DNA of 62,798 bases, filler included, from Chiloscyllium plagiosum (Eukaryota): NCBI RefSeq assembly GCF_004010195.1. It is 4 parts of one record of this genome, joined end to end, with 100 filler letters (N's around TTAATTAATTAA, not from the genome) between each part and the next. Parts side by side here need not be neighbours in the genome. Positions count along the whole stretch, not along the records: positions 30,077 to 37,525 come from NC_057712.1; positions 37,626 to 56,945 come from NC_057712.1; 2 more parts are not named here. One strand, written 5' to 3'. This document shows, piece after piece, positions 36,083-49,171 of the stretch (the stretch's first letter is position 1; each line of letters begins with the position of its first letter). A program made the position numbers and the translations under genes. The notes under the pieces were generated by a model. The model was not told the origin of the DNA. It worked only from the letters and a program-made list of their open reading frames with translations, and searched no databases.

Positions 36083-36571
36083 TGCAGAGTCGGGCACCCT
36101 TAAAGAAAAGGCGCGCTGAGGCTTACAAAGTCTCCATTATTTATAGGACAAGTCCCTCCTCTCCTTGGCTCCAACAAGCCATGAGGTTCACATTCTTAAA
36201 AACATCATTATTTTTATCACAAAGTCTGCAACAAAAGGCTCCAGAGTCTCCAAAGTTTGTTGTTTTTCTCACCCTGTAGTCTTATCAGTCAAAGGCTTTA
36301 ATCTGAAACAGATGTCTCAAGTCGTACTCCCATCCTGGAGTCTTATCAGCCAAGGACTCATCCTTCTCTGCTGTGTGAATGGCTTCATTAATCAAGAGCC
36401 TGCTTGCTTTTACTATCGCTCACAAATTGTCAGCATTCTGCACAATTTAAACTACTCTACTTTTGAGTATATAAAATGGTTGTTAGAAAAGAAACAAGGT
36501 TTTGTCTTTTATTATAGATCAGTCTGTGGTCCAGGCACATCTTAAAGTTTAAACCGAAATTACCCCTCACA
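36083..36571 (-). mobile_element. Unclassified ~490-bp insertion replacing part of the CR1, possibly an LTR fragment
   Basis: Non-CR1 sequence with sharp junctions; begins TGTGAGGGG on minus. No matching CA end or TSD identified. Confidence 0.3.
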
Positions 36572-37525
36572 CTCTGTATGCTCGCATCCAAATTATTTAC
36601 ATAAATGATGAAAAGTAGCGGACCAGCACCAATCCTTTGGCACTCCACTGGTCACAGGCCTCCAGTCTGAAAAACAACCCTCCACCATCACCCTCTGTCT
36701 TCTACCTTTGAGCCAGTTCCGTATCAAATGGCTAGTTCTCCCTGTATTCTATGAGATCTAACCTTGCTTCTCAGTCTCCCATGGGGAACCTTGTCGAACG
36801 CCTTACTGAAGTCCATATAGATCACATCTACTGCTCTGCCCTCATCAGTCTTCTTTGTTACTTCTTCAATAAACTCAATCAAGTTTGTGAGACATGATTT
36901 CCATGCACAAAGCCATGTTGACTATCCCTAATCAGTCCTTGCCTTTCCAAATACACGTACATCCTGTCCCTCAGGATTCCCTCCAACAACTTGCCCACCA
37001 CCAAGGTCAGAGTCACCGGTCTATAGTTCCCTGGCTTGTCTTTACCGCCCTTCTTAAACAGTTGCACCATGTTTGCCAATTTCCAGTCTTCTGGCACCTT
37101 GCCTGTGACTGTCGATGATACAAATATCTCAGCAAGAGGCCCAGCAATCACTTCTCTAGTTTCCCAGAGTTCTCGGGTACACCTGATCAGGTCCTGGTGA
37201 TTTATCCATATTTACCCGTTTCAATACATCCAGCACTCTGTAATCTGGACGTTTTGCAAGATGTCACCATCTATTTCCCGACAGGCTATATCTTTCATAT
37301 TCTTTTCCACAATAAATACTGATGAAAAATACTCATTTAGTATCTCCCCCATTTTCTGTGGCTCCACACAAAGGCCGCCTTGCTGATCTTTGAGGGGCCC
37401 TATTCTCTCCCCAGTTACCCTTTTGTCTTCAATGTATTTGTAAAAACCCTTTGGATTCTCCTTAATTCTATTAGCCAAAGCTGTCTCATGACCGTTTTTT
37501 GCCCTCCTGATTTCCCTCTTAAGTA

Positions 37526-37625
37526 NNNNNNNNNNNNNNNNNNNNNNNNNNNNNNNNNNNNNNNNNNNNTTAATTAATTAANNNNNNNNNNNNNNNNNNN
37601 NNNNNNNNNNNNNNNNNNNNNNNNN
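37526..37625. other. Assembly gap with artificial linker
   Basis: 44 N + TTAATTAATTAA (37570-37581) + 44 N. Confidence 0.97.
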
Positions 37626-38074
37626 CTTTAAACTCCCACATCTGACAAGAAGTACATATCACTGTACTAAAGGCCATTTTTGCTCCTTCACAATCTACAG
37701 ACCCAGAAAATAACACCGTCTTATTCCTCTACGAAACACTGCCCCAGGTTAAATTAATAGTTATGGTTTATATTTTAAGTTTAATCAAGAGACATATCTC
37801 TAAAAACATATAATCAAGAAAGAACCTACTCTACTCACTACTACAGCCTTTCTATTGGACACACTTAAAACAACGATTAACTTATCTGATTCTGTGTTCT
37901 GAACTTTGCCCAAACAGGTTTCTCCAAGATTAGTTGTGAAATTCACTGCTTGTTAATTTTCCCAGACACACTCCGATGTCCAGTGATACTTGAATTCAAA
38001 ACAGCAAAGGCAGTAACTCTGCAGGATCTCTCGCTCGCACTCACTCACTCGCTCTCTGTCTCTCTTGGTTCAGT

Positions 38075-39045
38075 TCCTTCGCCATTTGTTTGTTTGCCGT
38101 TACTATCCTCCAGCCTCATTTTCCAGCAGTACAATGCCCACTCTTAGTTCTCTCTCAACTTTTACATATCTTTAAAAAACCCTTGCAATCTTCTTCCACA
38201 TTACTAGCTTACTTACCCTCATATTTCATCTTCTCCCATCATATTGTTTTTGTAGTTGTCCTGTGCTCGTCTTTAAAGACTTCCCAATCCACTGACTACC
38301 CTCTACTCTTCACCGCATTGTATTCTTTATTTATTGATTTGATGTAATCCGTGACTTCTCTCGTCAGCCATGGTGCCATGCCCTCCCATTATATGTTTCT
38401 TTTTCTTTGGGATGAATTTCTGTTGTGGCTCCCAAATCATCCCCAGAAACTCCTGCCATTGCTGCTCCATTGTCTTCTGTGCTCGGCTCCCCTTCCAAGC
38501 AACTCTGGTCAGCTCCTCCCTCATGTCTTTGTCGTTACCTTTACTCAATTATAAGACCATTACAGCTGATTCCAGCTTCCTCCTCAAACTGCAGGATGAA
38601 TTCTGTCATAGTCACTGCCCTGTCGGAGTTCCTTCACCTTAAGCTCCCTAATTAAGTCTGTCGTCTTACACATCATTAAAGCTCATAATTGCCTGCTCCG
38701 TATTGGGCTCACTGGCTGCTCCAAAATAAAACCATCTCATGGACATTCCACAAAAACTTTTTCATGGAAACCACTAACAAGCTGGTTTTCCCAATCCACC
38801 CGAATATTGCAGTTCCCCATGATTATTTAATGGTGCTTTACTTACATGCCTTTTCTATCTTGTGTTTTATTTTCTGCACCACATCCTGACTACTACTTGG
38901 TGACTTGTATGTAACTCCCACTAGGGTCAGTTTACCTGTGCAGTTCCTCAGCTCTGCCTGCACAGATTCTATGCCTCCCACCCTATGTCACTTCTTGCTG
39001 TCGATTTAATTTCATTTACTAACAATGCAACGCCACCCCTCTGCA
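38075..39045 (-). mobile_element. CR1 LINE ORF2 APE and linker fragment, old
   Basis: MREELTRVAWKGSRAQKTMEQQWQEFLGMI parallels 27092-27391. Confidence 0.75.
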
Positions 39046-39590
39046 CATTTGCAAGAAGGAGAGATAGGAGCAGGGTGAAAGTGAGAATCAGTAGCTGGGG
39101 TGGGGGAGAGCAAATGTGGGAGCAGCATGGGGGTTGTCAAGGTAGAAGGAGATCTATCTCAGCCTCCATATACTCAATGACCTACCCTTGAAAGCCCTCT
39201 GCCATAAAGAATTTCACAGATTCACTCCTCTGAGAGAAGAAATTCCTCAACCTAATTCCATCTCTTAATAAGTGATCCCTTGTTTGGAGATTAGGGAGTC
39301 TGGCTGCAGACTCTCCCACAAGGGAAAACAACTTCTCCATATCAACCCTGTGTAGAAGGAAAAAGGGCAGCAGATACATGGGGACATCATAACCTACAAG
39401 TTCCTCTCCAAGCCACTCACCATCCTGATTTGGAAATATTGCTGTTCCTTCAGTGTTGCTGAGTCAATATCCTGGATCCGTCTGCCTGGTTGCATTGTGG
39501 GTCTACCTACTGCACCTGGACTGTAGCGGTTCAAGAAGGTAGCTCACCACCACCTTCCCAGGGGCAACTAGGGTTGGACAATAAAATGCT

Positions 39591-41020
39591 AGGTGAAAGT
39601 GAGGACTGCAGAGGTTGGAGCTCAGAGTTGAGAGTGTGGTGCTGGAAAAGCACAGCAGCCAGGCAGCATCTGAGGAGCAGGAGAATTGACATTTCGGGCA
39701 TAAGCCCTTCATCAGGAATGAGGCTTGTAGGCCGGGGGGGGGAGGGGAATGAGGTCACTGTTGAAATCTATATTGATCCCATGTGGTTGCAGAGTCCCAA
39801 GGCAGGATTTGAGTCGTTCTTCCTCCAGGCATCGGTCGGTAAGGGTTTGACGATGGAGGAGGCCTGGGATCTGCATGTCCTTGACCGAGTGCGAGGGGGA
39901 GTTGAAGTGTTCAGCAACGGGGCGGTGGGGTTATCCCAAGGCAGGATTTGAGGCGTTCTTCCTCCAGGCATCGGTCGGTAATGGTTTGACGATGGAGGAG
40001 GCCTGAGATCTGCATGTCCTTGACTGAGTGCGAGGGGGAGTTGAAGTGTTCAGCAACGGGGCGGTGGGGTTAGTTGGTGCAGGTGTCCCAGAGATGTTCT
40101 CTGAAACGATCTGCAAGTAGGGAAATCGCAATTTCCCTTCCACATGATTGACGATGCCCCCCAGCGCATCTCCTCCACTTTCCGCGCCATTGCCCTTGAA
40201 CCCCACCCCTCCCAACGCAACAAGGACGGAACCCCCCTGGTCCTCACCTTCCATCGCATCATCCTCTGCCACCTGCAAATGGACCACACCACCAGAGATA
40301 TATTTCCCTACCCCTATCAGCGTTCCGGAAGGACCATTCCCTCCTCGACTCCCTCGTCAGGACCACGCCTCCCACCAGCCCATACCCCACCCCTCACCTG
40401 CGTCCGAGGCCCCAAAGTAACCTTCCACATCTGACAGAAATGTTCCTGTATCCCCATCAATGTCATCTACTGTATCCGTTGCACCCGACGTGGTCTCCTC
40501 TACATCGGGGAGGCAGGATGCCAACTTGCGGATCATTTCAGAGAACTATCTCTAGGACACCTGCGCCAACCAACCCCACTGCTCCATGGCTGAAGACTTC
40601 AACTCCCCCTCCCACTCTGTCAAGGACATGCAGGTCCTGGGCTTCCTCCATCGCCAAACCCTTGCCACCTGGAGGAAGAATGCCTCATATTCCACCTTGG
40701 GACCCGCAGCTACATTGGATCAATGTAGATTTCAACAGTTTCCTAATTTCCCGTCCTCCCACATTATCCCAGTCCCAAGTCGCTAACTCAGCACCACCCT
40801 CCTGACCTGTCCATCACCTTCCCCATCTATCCGCTTCGTCCTCCTTTCCAACCTATCGCCTTCTTCCCTCACCTTCATCTACCTATTGCATTCTCAGCTA
40901 CCTTCCCCCAACCTCAACCCATAAGCCTCATTCCTGATGAAAGGCTTATGCTTGAAACGTTGATTCTCCTGCTCCTCGGATGCTGCCTGATCTGCTGTGC
41001 TTTTCCAGTACCACACTCTC
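39591..41020 (+). mobile_element. Penelope-like element with large 5' inversion in AARS2 intron 1
   Basis: Perfect 14-bp TSD gacaataaaatgct (39577-39590, 41021-41034). 39591-~40120 is inverted (pLTR and GIY-YIG end, with a ~135-bp tandem duplication); ~40121-41020 is forward (IYCIRCTRRGLLYIGE, pLTR). Confidence 0.92.
40930..40966 (+). ncRNA. Minimal hammerhead motif, sense to the AARS2 pre-mRNA
   Basis: CTGATGA-A-AGGC-TTAT-GCTT-GAAA-CGTT at 40934-40961; helix II still pairs (A-U, G-U, G-C, C-G). Confidence 0.55.
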
Positions 41021-42260
41021 GACAATAAAATGCTGGCCCAATCAGCAGCACCCAGATCCAGTAGTGAGTTAACATGTCAAAATATTAACTCTTCTCTCCA
41101 CAGATGCTGCCAGACCTGCTGAGTTTCTCCAGCAGTTTCTGTTTTTGTATGTTTCAGACTTTCAAATCTTTATTTTATTATACCCCCAAGAATCTTGCAT
41201 GTTTTGATAACACCTTTCATTTTTCTAAATTCCAATGAGTACAGGCCTAACGTATGTAACCACTTCTCATAAGACAGTCCCTCCATACATGATCTCAGTC
41301 TTGTGAACCTTCTCTGGACTGTCTCCAATGCTGATATGTCTTTGCTTAGGTAATGGGCCCAAGACTCTTCACAGTATTCCAACCATGTTCTGATTAGTGC
41401 CTTGGAGCTTGTTTAGTTTTCTGAAAAGTTCCTACTTTTATATTTCATTCCCTTTGAAACAAACGCTAACATTCCATTTACCTTTCATATTATCTGCTGA
41501 AATGGATGCTAGCTTTTTGTCATTCATGGATGAGAAGTCCCAAATTTCTCTGTTCTGTAGCTGTCTGCAATCTTTCTCCATTTAAATAATATTCAGCTGC
41601 ATTATTCTTCCTGTCAGTGTGTAACCTCACATCTCCCATGTTCTATTTCATCTGGAAAAGTTTTGCCCTTTCCCTTAACCAGTTTGTATCCTTCTGCAGA
41701 CTCTTCACTTGCAATACATAGATCTACACGTTTGTGAGCCAAGTGCTGGAAAGTGGGATTAGAATATTTAGGTGTTATCTTTTGACTGGTGTAGAATAGA
41801 TGGACTGAATGGCCTTTTTTTGTGCTATAAACCCGTGACTCACCATTTGCCTCCTACCTATTTTTGTGTTAACTGCAAATTTGGCCAAAGTACATTTACT
41901 TCTTTCATAAGAGTTATTAATTTATATTGTCAATAATTATGGCCCCACCATTGAACTCAATGGCATAGCACTAGTTACAAGTTGCTACCCTGAAAATGCC
42001 TCCTAACTCCCTTCCTAACTCATCCTAACTCCGTGTGTCCTAGTTAGCTAATCATCGATCAGTGGTAATATCTCACCAACACATTGTTCTGTTATCTTGT
42101 GAGAAGCCTAATGTATGATACCTTGTCAAATCCAAATATGTTACATCCTCTGCTTCCCCTTTATTTATTCTGTTTGTTAACAGGACATAGAAGCAGAAGT
42201 AGGCCATTCAGCCCATCTAGTCTTCCGCTATTCAATGAGATCAAGGCTGACCTGATTATA

Positions 42261-42774
42261 GTCGAGATCAGAGTGGTGCTGAAAAGCACAGCAGGTCAGG
42301 CAGCACCTGAGGTGCAGGAAAATCAACATTTCTGGCAAAAGCCCTTCATCAGGAATGAGGCAGGGAGCGTCCAGGGTGGGGAGATAAATGGGAGAGGGGT
42401 GGGGCTGGGGTGAAGGTAGCTAAGAGTACAGTAGGTGAATGAAGGTGATAGGTCGGAGAGGAGGGTGGAGCGGATAGGTGGGAAGGAAGATTGGCAGGTA
42501 GGACAGGTCATGAGGACAGTGCTAAGCTGGCAGGTTGGAACTGGGGTAAGGTGGGGGGAGGGGAAATGAGGAAACTGGTGAAGTCCACATTGATGCCCTG
42601 GGGTTGAAGTGTTCTGAGGCAGAAGATGAGGCATTCTTCCTCCAGGCATTGGGTGGTGAGGGAGCGGCATTGAAGGAGGCCCAGGATCTGCATGTCCTTG
42701 GCAGAGTGGGAGGGGGAGTTGAAATGTTCAGCCACTGGGTGGTGGGGCTGATTGGTGCGGGTGTCCTGGAGATG
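42261..42774 (-). mobile_element. PLE 3' fragment with pLTR
   Basis: AEHFNSPSHSAKDMQILGL..EEECLIFCLRTLQPQGINVDF; hammerhead remnant at 42325-42352. Confidence 0.85.
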
Positions 42775-45700
42775 CCCTTAAAGTTGGTGAGTCTACTATT
42801 GTTCCAGGCAGGCTATTCCACGCCCCTACTACTCTGAGGAAAGAAACTACCTCTGACATCTGTTCCATATCTATCACACCTCACTTTAAAGCTATGTCCC
42901 CATGTGCTAGCCATCACCATCGGAGGAAAAAGCTCTCACTGTCCACCCTATCTAACCCTCTGATTATCTCATGTCTCAAGTCACCTCTCAACCTTCTCTC
43001 TAACGAAAACAGCCTGAAGTCCCTCAGCCTTTCCTCTTAAGACCTTTCCTCCATACCAGGCAACATTCTAGTAAATCTCCTCTGAACCCTTTCCAAAGCT
43101 TCCACTTCCCTCCTATAATGCGGTGACCAGAACTGTACATAATACTCCAAGTGCGGCAACACCAGAGTTTTGTAGAGCTGCAGCATAACTTCATGGCTCT
43201 GAAACTCAATCCCTCTACTAATAAAAGCAAATGCACTGTATGCCTTCTTAATAATCCTGTCAAACTGGGTGGCAACTTTCAGGGATCTACGTACCTGGAC
43301 ACCGAGATCTCTCTGTTCATCAACACTACCAAGAATCTTACAACTAAACCAGTACTCTGCATTCCTATTACTCCTCCTAAAGTGAGTCACCTCACACTTT
43401 TCCGCATTAATCTCCACTTGCCGCCACTCAGCTCTGCAGCTTATCTATGTCCCTCTGTGACCTACAACATCTTTCAGCACTATCCACCACTCCAATGGCA
43501 TTCATGTTATCTGAAAATATACTAACCTATCTTTTTATGCCATCATCATTGACATTTATAAAAATGACAAATAGCAGTGGCCCCAAAACAGATCCTTGCA
43601 GTACACCACTAGCAACTGAACTCCAGGATAAACATTTCCCATCAATCACCACCCTCTGTCTTCTTTCAGAAAGCCAATTTCTTATCCAAACCGCTAAATC
43701 GCCCTCAATCCCATTCCTCCATATATTGTGCCTACCGTGGGGAACCTTATCAAACACTTTACTGAAATTCATATACACCACATTAACTGCTTTACCCTCA
43801 TCCAACTGTTTGATGGCCTATATCTCAGTATCCTCCTCGACAACATTGTCTTTTTCCAGTGTGAATACTTATATTTTAAAAATTGATTTAGCGCTTTCCC
43901 CTTCTCAAAGAACTCAATAAGGTTTGTGAGGCATAACCTACCCTTCCTAAAACGATGTTGACTATCCCTAATCAACTTATTCCTTGCTAGATGATTATAA
44001 ATCCTATCTCTTATAACCTTTTCCAACACTTCACCCACGACTGAAGTAAGGCTGGCTGGTCTATAATTACCAAGGTTGTGTTTACTTCCCTTCTTGAGCA
44101 AGAGAACAACTTTTGCTATCCTCCTGTTTCTGGCACTATTCCTGTAGACAATGATGACATAAATATCAAAGGCAAAGTCTCTGCAGTCTTCTCCCTGGAT
44201 TCCCAGAGAATCCTACAATAAATCCCATCTGGCTCAGGGGACTGATCTATTTTCACACTTTCCAGAATTGCTAACACCTCTTTGTGAACCTCAATCCCAT
44301 CTAGTCTTGTAGCCTGTATCTCTGTATCCTCCTCGCCAACATTGTCTTTTTCCAGTGTGAATACTGAAAAGAAAATTCATTTAGCGTTTCCCCTATCTTC
44401 TTTGACTCCACGCACAACTTCCCACTACTATCCTTCATTGGCCCTAATCTTATTCTAGTCATTCTTTTAACTCCTGATATACCTATAGAAAGTCTTGAGG
44501 TTTTCCTTGATCCTATCCGCGAACGATTTCTCATGTGTCCTCCTGGCTCTTTTAGCTCCCTCTTTGTCTTTCAGGCTAACCTCTAACTCTCAAGCGCCCA
44601 AACTGAGCCTTCATATCTCATCCTAACATAAGCCGCCTCCTTCCTCTTGACAAGAGCTTTAACTTCTTTAGTAAACCATGGCTCCCTTGGTCAATAACTT
44701 CCTCCCTGTCTGACTTATCAAAGACACACAGTAGCTGTTCCTTGAATAAGCTCCACATTTCAGTTGTGTCCTTTCCCTGCAGTTTCCTTCCTAGGCATCC
44801 TAAATCTTGCCTAATCGCATCATAATTGCCTTTCCCTCAACTATAACTCTTGCCCTGCAGTATATACCTATCCCTTTCCCTTTAAAGTAAACATAACCAA
44901 ATTGTGGTCACCTACCTCCAAATCTAACACCTGGCCAGGTTCATTACCCAGGACCAAATCCAATGTAGCCTCACCCCTTGTTGGCCTGTCTCCACGATGT
45001 GTCAGGAAACCGTCTGCACACATTGGACAAAAACTGACCCATCGAAAGTACTTGAACTATAGTATTCCTAGTCAATATTTGGAAAGTTGAAGTCCTCCAT
45101 AACTACCTTGTCACTCTTGCTCCCATTGAGAATCATCTTTGCTATCCTATCCTCTACATCTCTGGAACTATTTGGAGGCCTACAGAAAACTCCCAACAGG
45201 GGTCCTTTCCTTTCCTGTTTCTAACCTCAGCCCATATTACCTCAGTAGACGAGTCCTCAAATGTCCTTTCTACACCTGTAATACTGTCCTTGATTAACAA
45301 TGCCACCCTCGTTCCCCCTCTTTTTACCATCTTATCTCTTCTTTCTTAAACATCTAAATCCTGGAACCTACAACAACCATTCCTGTCCCTGCTCTATCAT
45401 TATCTCCGAAATGGCCACAACATTGAAATCCCAGGTATTGACCCATGCTGCAAGTTCACCTACCTTATTCCGGATGCTCCTGGTGTTGAAGTAGACACAC
45501 TACAGACTAACTTCTTGCTTGCCGATGCCCACTTGCGACCTTGAAACCTTATTTCTGACCCTACTGTTCTCAACCTCCTGTATACTGGAACTACAATTTA
45601 GATTCTCATCCCCCTGCTGAATTAGTTTAAACTCTCCCAAAGAGCATTTGCAAATTTCCCCCCTCCAGAATACTGCAACCCCTCTGTGAAGACTATCCCG

Positions 45701-46555
45701 TTTTTTAGAGGTCCCACCTACCCTAGAAAGAGCCCCAATTATCTAAAAGCCACCCTCTGCACCATCCCTGTAGCCACATGTTCAACTCCTCTGTCTCTCT
45801 CTCTTCCTTGCCTCGCTAGCACGTGGCATGGGCAACAAACCAGAGATGATGACTGTTTGTTTTAGCTCTAAGCTTCCACCCTAGCTCCTTGAATTTCTCC
45901 CTTAAATCCCCATCTTTCTGTCGACCTATGTCGTTGGTGCCTATGTGGACCATGACTTGGGGCTGCTCCCCGTCCCCGTCAAGGATCCTGAAAATACGAT
46001 CAGAGACATATGAACCCTGGCACCTGGAGGCAACATACCAACTGTGAGTCTCTGTTGTTCCCACAGAACCTCCTATCTGTACTCCTAAATATGGAATCCC
46101 CAATGACTAATGCTCTGCTCCTCTTCCCCCTTTCCTTGTGAGCAACAGGGACAGACTCTGTGCTGGAGACCTGTGCCCCTTGCTTACTCCTGGTAAGTTG
46201 TTTTCCCGCCCCCCTCCCCCAACAGTATCCAAAAATAAATTATATTTGTTATTGAGGGGAATAGCCACAGGGGATCCCTGCACTGTCTGCTGGTTCCCTT
46301 TCTAACCCATCTACGTTCTTCTTGTACCTGACGTGTGACTACCACCCTGTAACTCTCAATAACCCCCTTCACCTTCTGAATGATCCTAAGTTCATCTAGC
46401 TCCAGCTCCAGTTCCCTAGCACGGTTTTCAAGGAGCTGGAGTCAGGTGGACTTCCCGCAGATGCAGTCAGCAGGGACACTAATGGTGACGCTTACCTCTC
46501 ACATTCTGCAGGAGGAATATTCAATTGCCTGAACCTCTATTCCCACTATTCTAAA
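42775..46555 (-). mobile_element. Near full-length decayed CR1 LINE (ORF1 zinc finger/esterase and ORF2)
   Basis: ORF1 remnants at ~45620-46545 (CxxC, QVMVHIGTND), APE at 44850-45500, RT at 43030-44200 (NFSKVFDKVPH, LQGSVLGPLLF). Local rearrangement at ~43815-43900. Confidence 0.9.
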
Positions 46556-46586
46556 TGTTTTGATGGTTATCTCTCTCTATCCGTAG

Positions 46587-46841
<255 letters not shown>

Positions 46842-46919
46842 TGAATTGGGTATTTTAAAAAAAGCATTCCTGGGCTATAGATTTCATTGTGGCTTCCATT
46901 TATTGCTCATCCCTAATTA

Positions 46920-47392
46920 TAGTGTCATAGAGATGTACAACACAAAAACAGACCCTTCGGTCCAACTCGTCTTTGCTGACCAGATATCCTAAATTAATCT
47001 AGTCCCATTTACAAGCATTTGGCCCATAACCCTCTAAACCTTCCTATTCGTATACCCATTCAGATGCCTTTTAAATGCAGTAATTGTACCTGCTTCTGCA
47101 ACCACCTCTGTATGAAAAACTTGCCCCTTTGGTCTTTTTAAAACCTTTCCCCTCTCATCTTAAACCTATGTCCTCTAGTTTTGGACTCCCCCACCCCAGG
47201 GAAAAAGTTTTGTCTATTTACCCTATCCATGCCCCTCATGATTTTATAAACCCCTATAAGGTCACCCCTCCGATGCTCCAGGGAAAATAGTCTCAATCTA
47301 TTCAGCCTCTTCCTGTAGATCAAACCCTACAACTCTGGCAACATTCTTGTAAATCTTTTCTGCACCTTTTCAAGTTTCACAACATCCTTCCT
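46920..47392 (-). mobile_element. CR1 (HER1-like) 3' fragment
   Basis: KDVVKLEKVQKRFTRMLP, RRGDLIGVYKIMRG and the shared tail. Confidence 0.85.
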
Positions 47393-47419
47393 AGATGCCT
47401 TTGAGAACATGGTGGTGAG

Positions 47420-47735
47420 CTGATGCAGACTAATATTCTGAGGATGTGGGTTCGAATCCCACCAATACAGGTGATAAAATTTGATTTGAATAAAAATCTG
47501 TAATTCAAAAGCTAATGGTAACCAAGTAACCATTGTTGAAGAAACCCATTTTGTTCAGTAATGTCCTTTATGGAAAGAAATCCTTACGTGGTCAGGCTAT
47601 CATGTGATTCCAGACCTATGCAATCTGATTCATTCTTAAGCAGGCTCTGAAATGGCCCCAGCAAGCTATTCCGATCAAGAAGCAATTAGAAGAGGGACAA
47701 TAAATGTTGCTCCACATTCTGTGAATGGTAATGAA
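47420..47735 (+). mobile_element. tRNA-derived SINE with L2-type tail, decayed
   Basis: B-box gggttcgaatccc (47448-47460); 3' gcaattagaagagggacaataaatgttg resembles the L2-like LINE tail at 39560-39590. Confidence 0.55.
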
Positions 47736-48513
47736 GCAAAAAACGGTGTAAATAAATTCTCTCTGCTGTAGGTGGGATTTGACTCAACAACATTGAATGC
47801 ACAGTGACAAATTTCCAAGTCTATGTTGTGACTTGATGGGGGACCTGCAGGTGGTGGTGTTCCTGTGTACCTGCTACCCTTGTCCTTTGAGATGATAACA
47901 GTCATTGGTTTGGAAAGTTCTGTCTAAGGAGCTTTGGTAAATTTCTGCAGTACATTTTGTAGATGGTACACGCTGCTGCTACAGTGTGTTGTGATGGAAG
48001 GAGTGGATGTATGTGATTGTCAGTCAAGCAGTTTGCTTTGTCCTGGATGGTGTTAAACTTCTTGAGTATTGTCGGAGTGGCACTCATCATGGCAAATTGG
48101 GAGTATTCCCTCACACTCCTAACTTGTGCCTTGTATGTGTTGGTCAGGTTTTGGGAGTCTGGAGGTGAGTCAATCCCGACAAGGTTCCTAGCCTCTGACC
48201 TCTTTTGGCTACGGTATTGATTTGGCAAATCCTGTTCAGTTTTTGGCCCGTGATAACTTTCAGGATATTAATAGTGGGGATTCAGCAATGGTAATGCCAT
48301 TAAATGTCAGGAAGAGATGTTTAGATTCTCTCGTTGCAGACGGTCATTGTCTTGCAATTACTTGGTGCGAATGTTGCTTCCACTGTTGTTCCAAACCTCA
48401 ATGTTTGCCAGGTCATACTGCTCAAATTAAATATCCTCAGTTTTCACTTTATGATGGAGGGAAGGTCATTGATGTCACTAAAGATGGTTGGGCTTCAGAC
48501 GTGAAAAACTTCT

Positions 48514-48645
48514 AGGAGAAAGTAATAACTACAGATGCTGAAGATCAGAGTCGAGTGCAGCTGGAAAAGTTGCAGCAGGTCAGGCAGCACCCAAGGAGCA
48601 GGAAAATCGACGATTTGGGCAAGAACCCTTCATCAGGAATAAGGC
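48514..48645 (-). mobile_element. Solo PLE pLTR (~132 bp) nested in an L2-like LINE
   Basis: 12-bp TSD tgaaaaacttct (48502-48513, 48646-48657); degenerate hammerhead at 48609-48636. Confidence 0.8.
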
Positions 48646-49025
48646 TGAAAAACTTCTGCAGGGGTGTCTTGAAGCTGAGATGATTGATCTGCAAGAACCA
48701 CAGCCACCTTACTTTGCACAAGGTATGACTCCCAGTCAGCAGAAACGTTTTCACAATGCCTATTAGAGTCTAGTTTTGTTTGAGGTCTTTGGTGCTATTG
48801 TCATTCAAATGTTGCCTTTATGACAAAGGCATTTACTCTTTTTTTTGTCTATGTTTGGATCTGGACTGTAATGAAGGCAGGTGAGCTTATGGCTAGAGTT
48901 TAATCTCAGGCCATGGAGAGGGAATGCATAGTTTAATTTCGTTCAGTTTCTGGCAGGCAGGGAGAAGGAGACATCACTTAATATTCATAGAGGAGTTATT
49001 TGCTCTGTGGATGTGTTTTTGGCAG

Positions 49026-49171
49026 GAGGAAGCTTGCAGAATGGCCTGGGAGTTGCTGACTGAGGTGTATGGTATCCCGCAGGACCGCCTCTACGTGACC
49101 TTTTTTGGGGGAGACCCAGCATTGGGCTTGACAGCTGACGAGGAGACCAAAGAGATTTGGCTGAGCATTGG
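49026..49171 (+). CDS. AARS2: AARS2 exon 3
   Basis: ttggcag acceptor; EEACRMAWELLTEVYGIPQDRLYVTFFGGDPALGLTADEETKEIWLSI(G); 146 nt; phase-2 GTGAGA donor. Confidence 0.96.

Larger units (their letters stand above)
35700..38070 (-). mobile_element. CR1 (HER1-like) LINE, probably one near full-length copy spanning the gap
   Basis: 3' tail at 35700, RT at 36575-37525, then after the gap the ORF1 start MAFSTVICTSCQMWEFK (ATG at 37677) and a 5' UTR to ~38070, all on minus and in the expected order. Confidence 0.75.
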
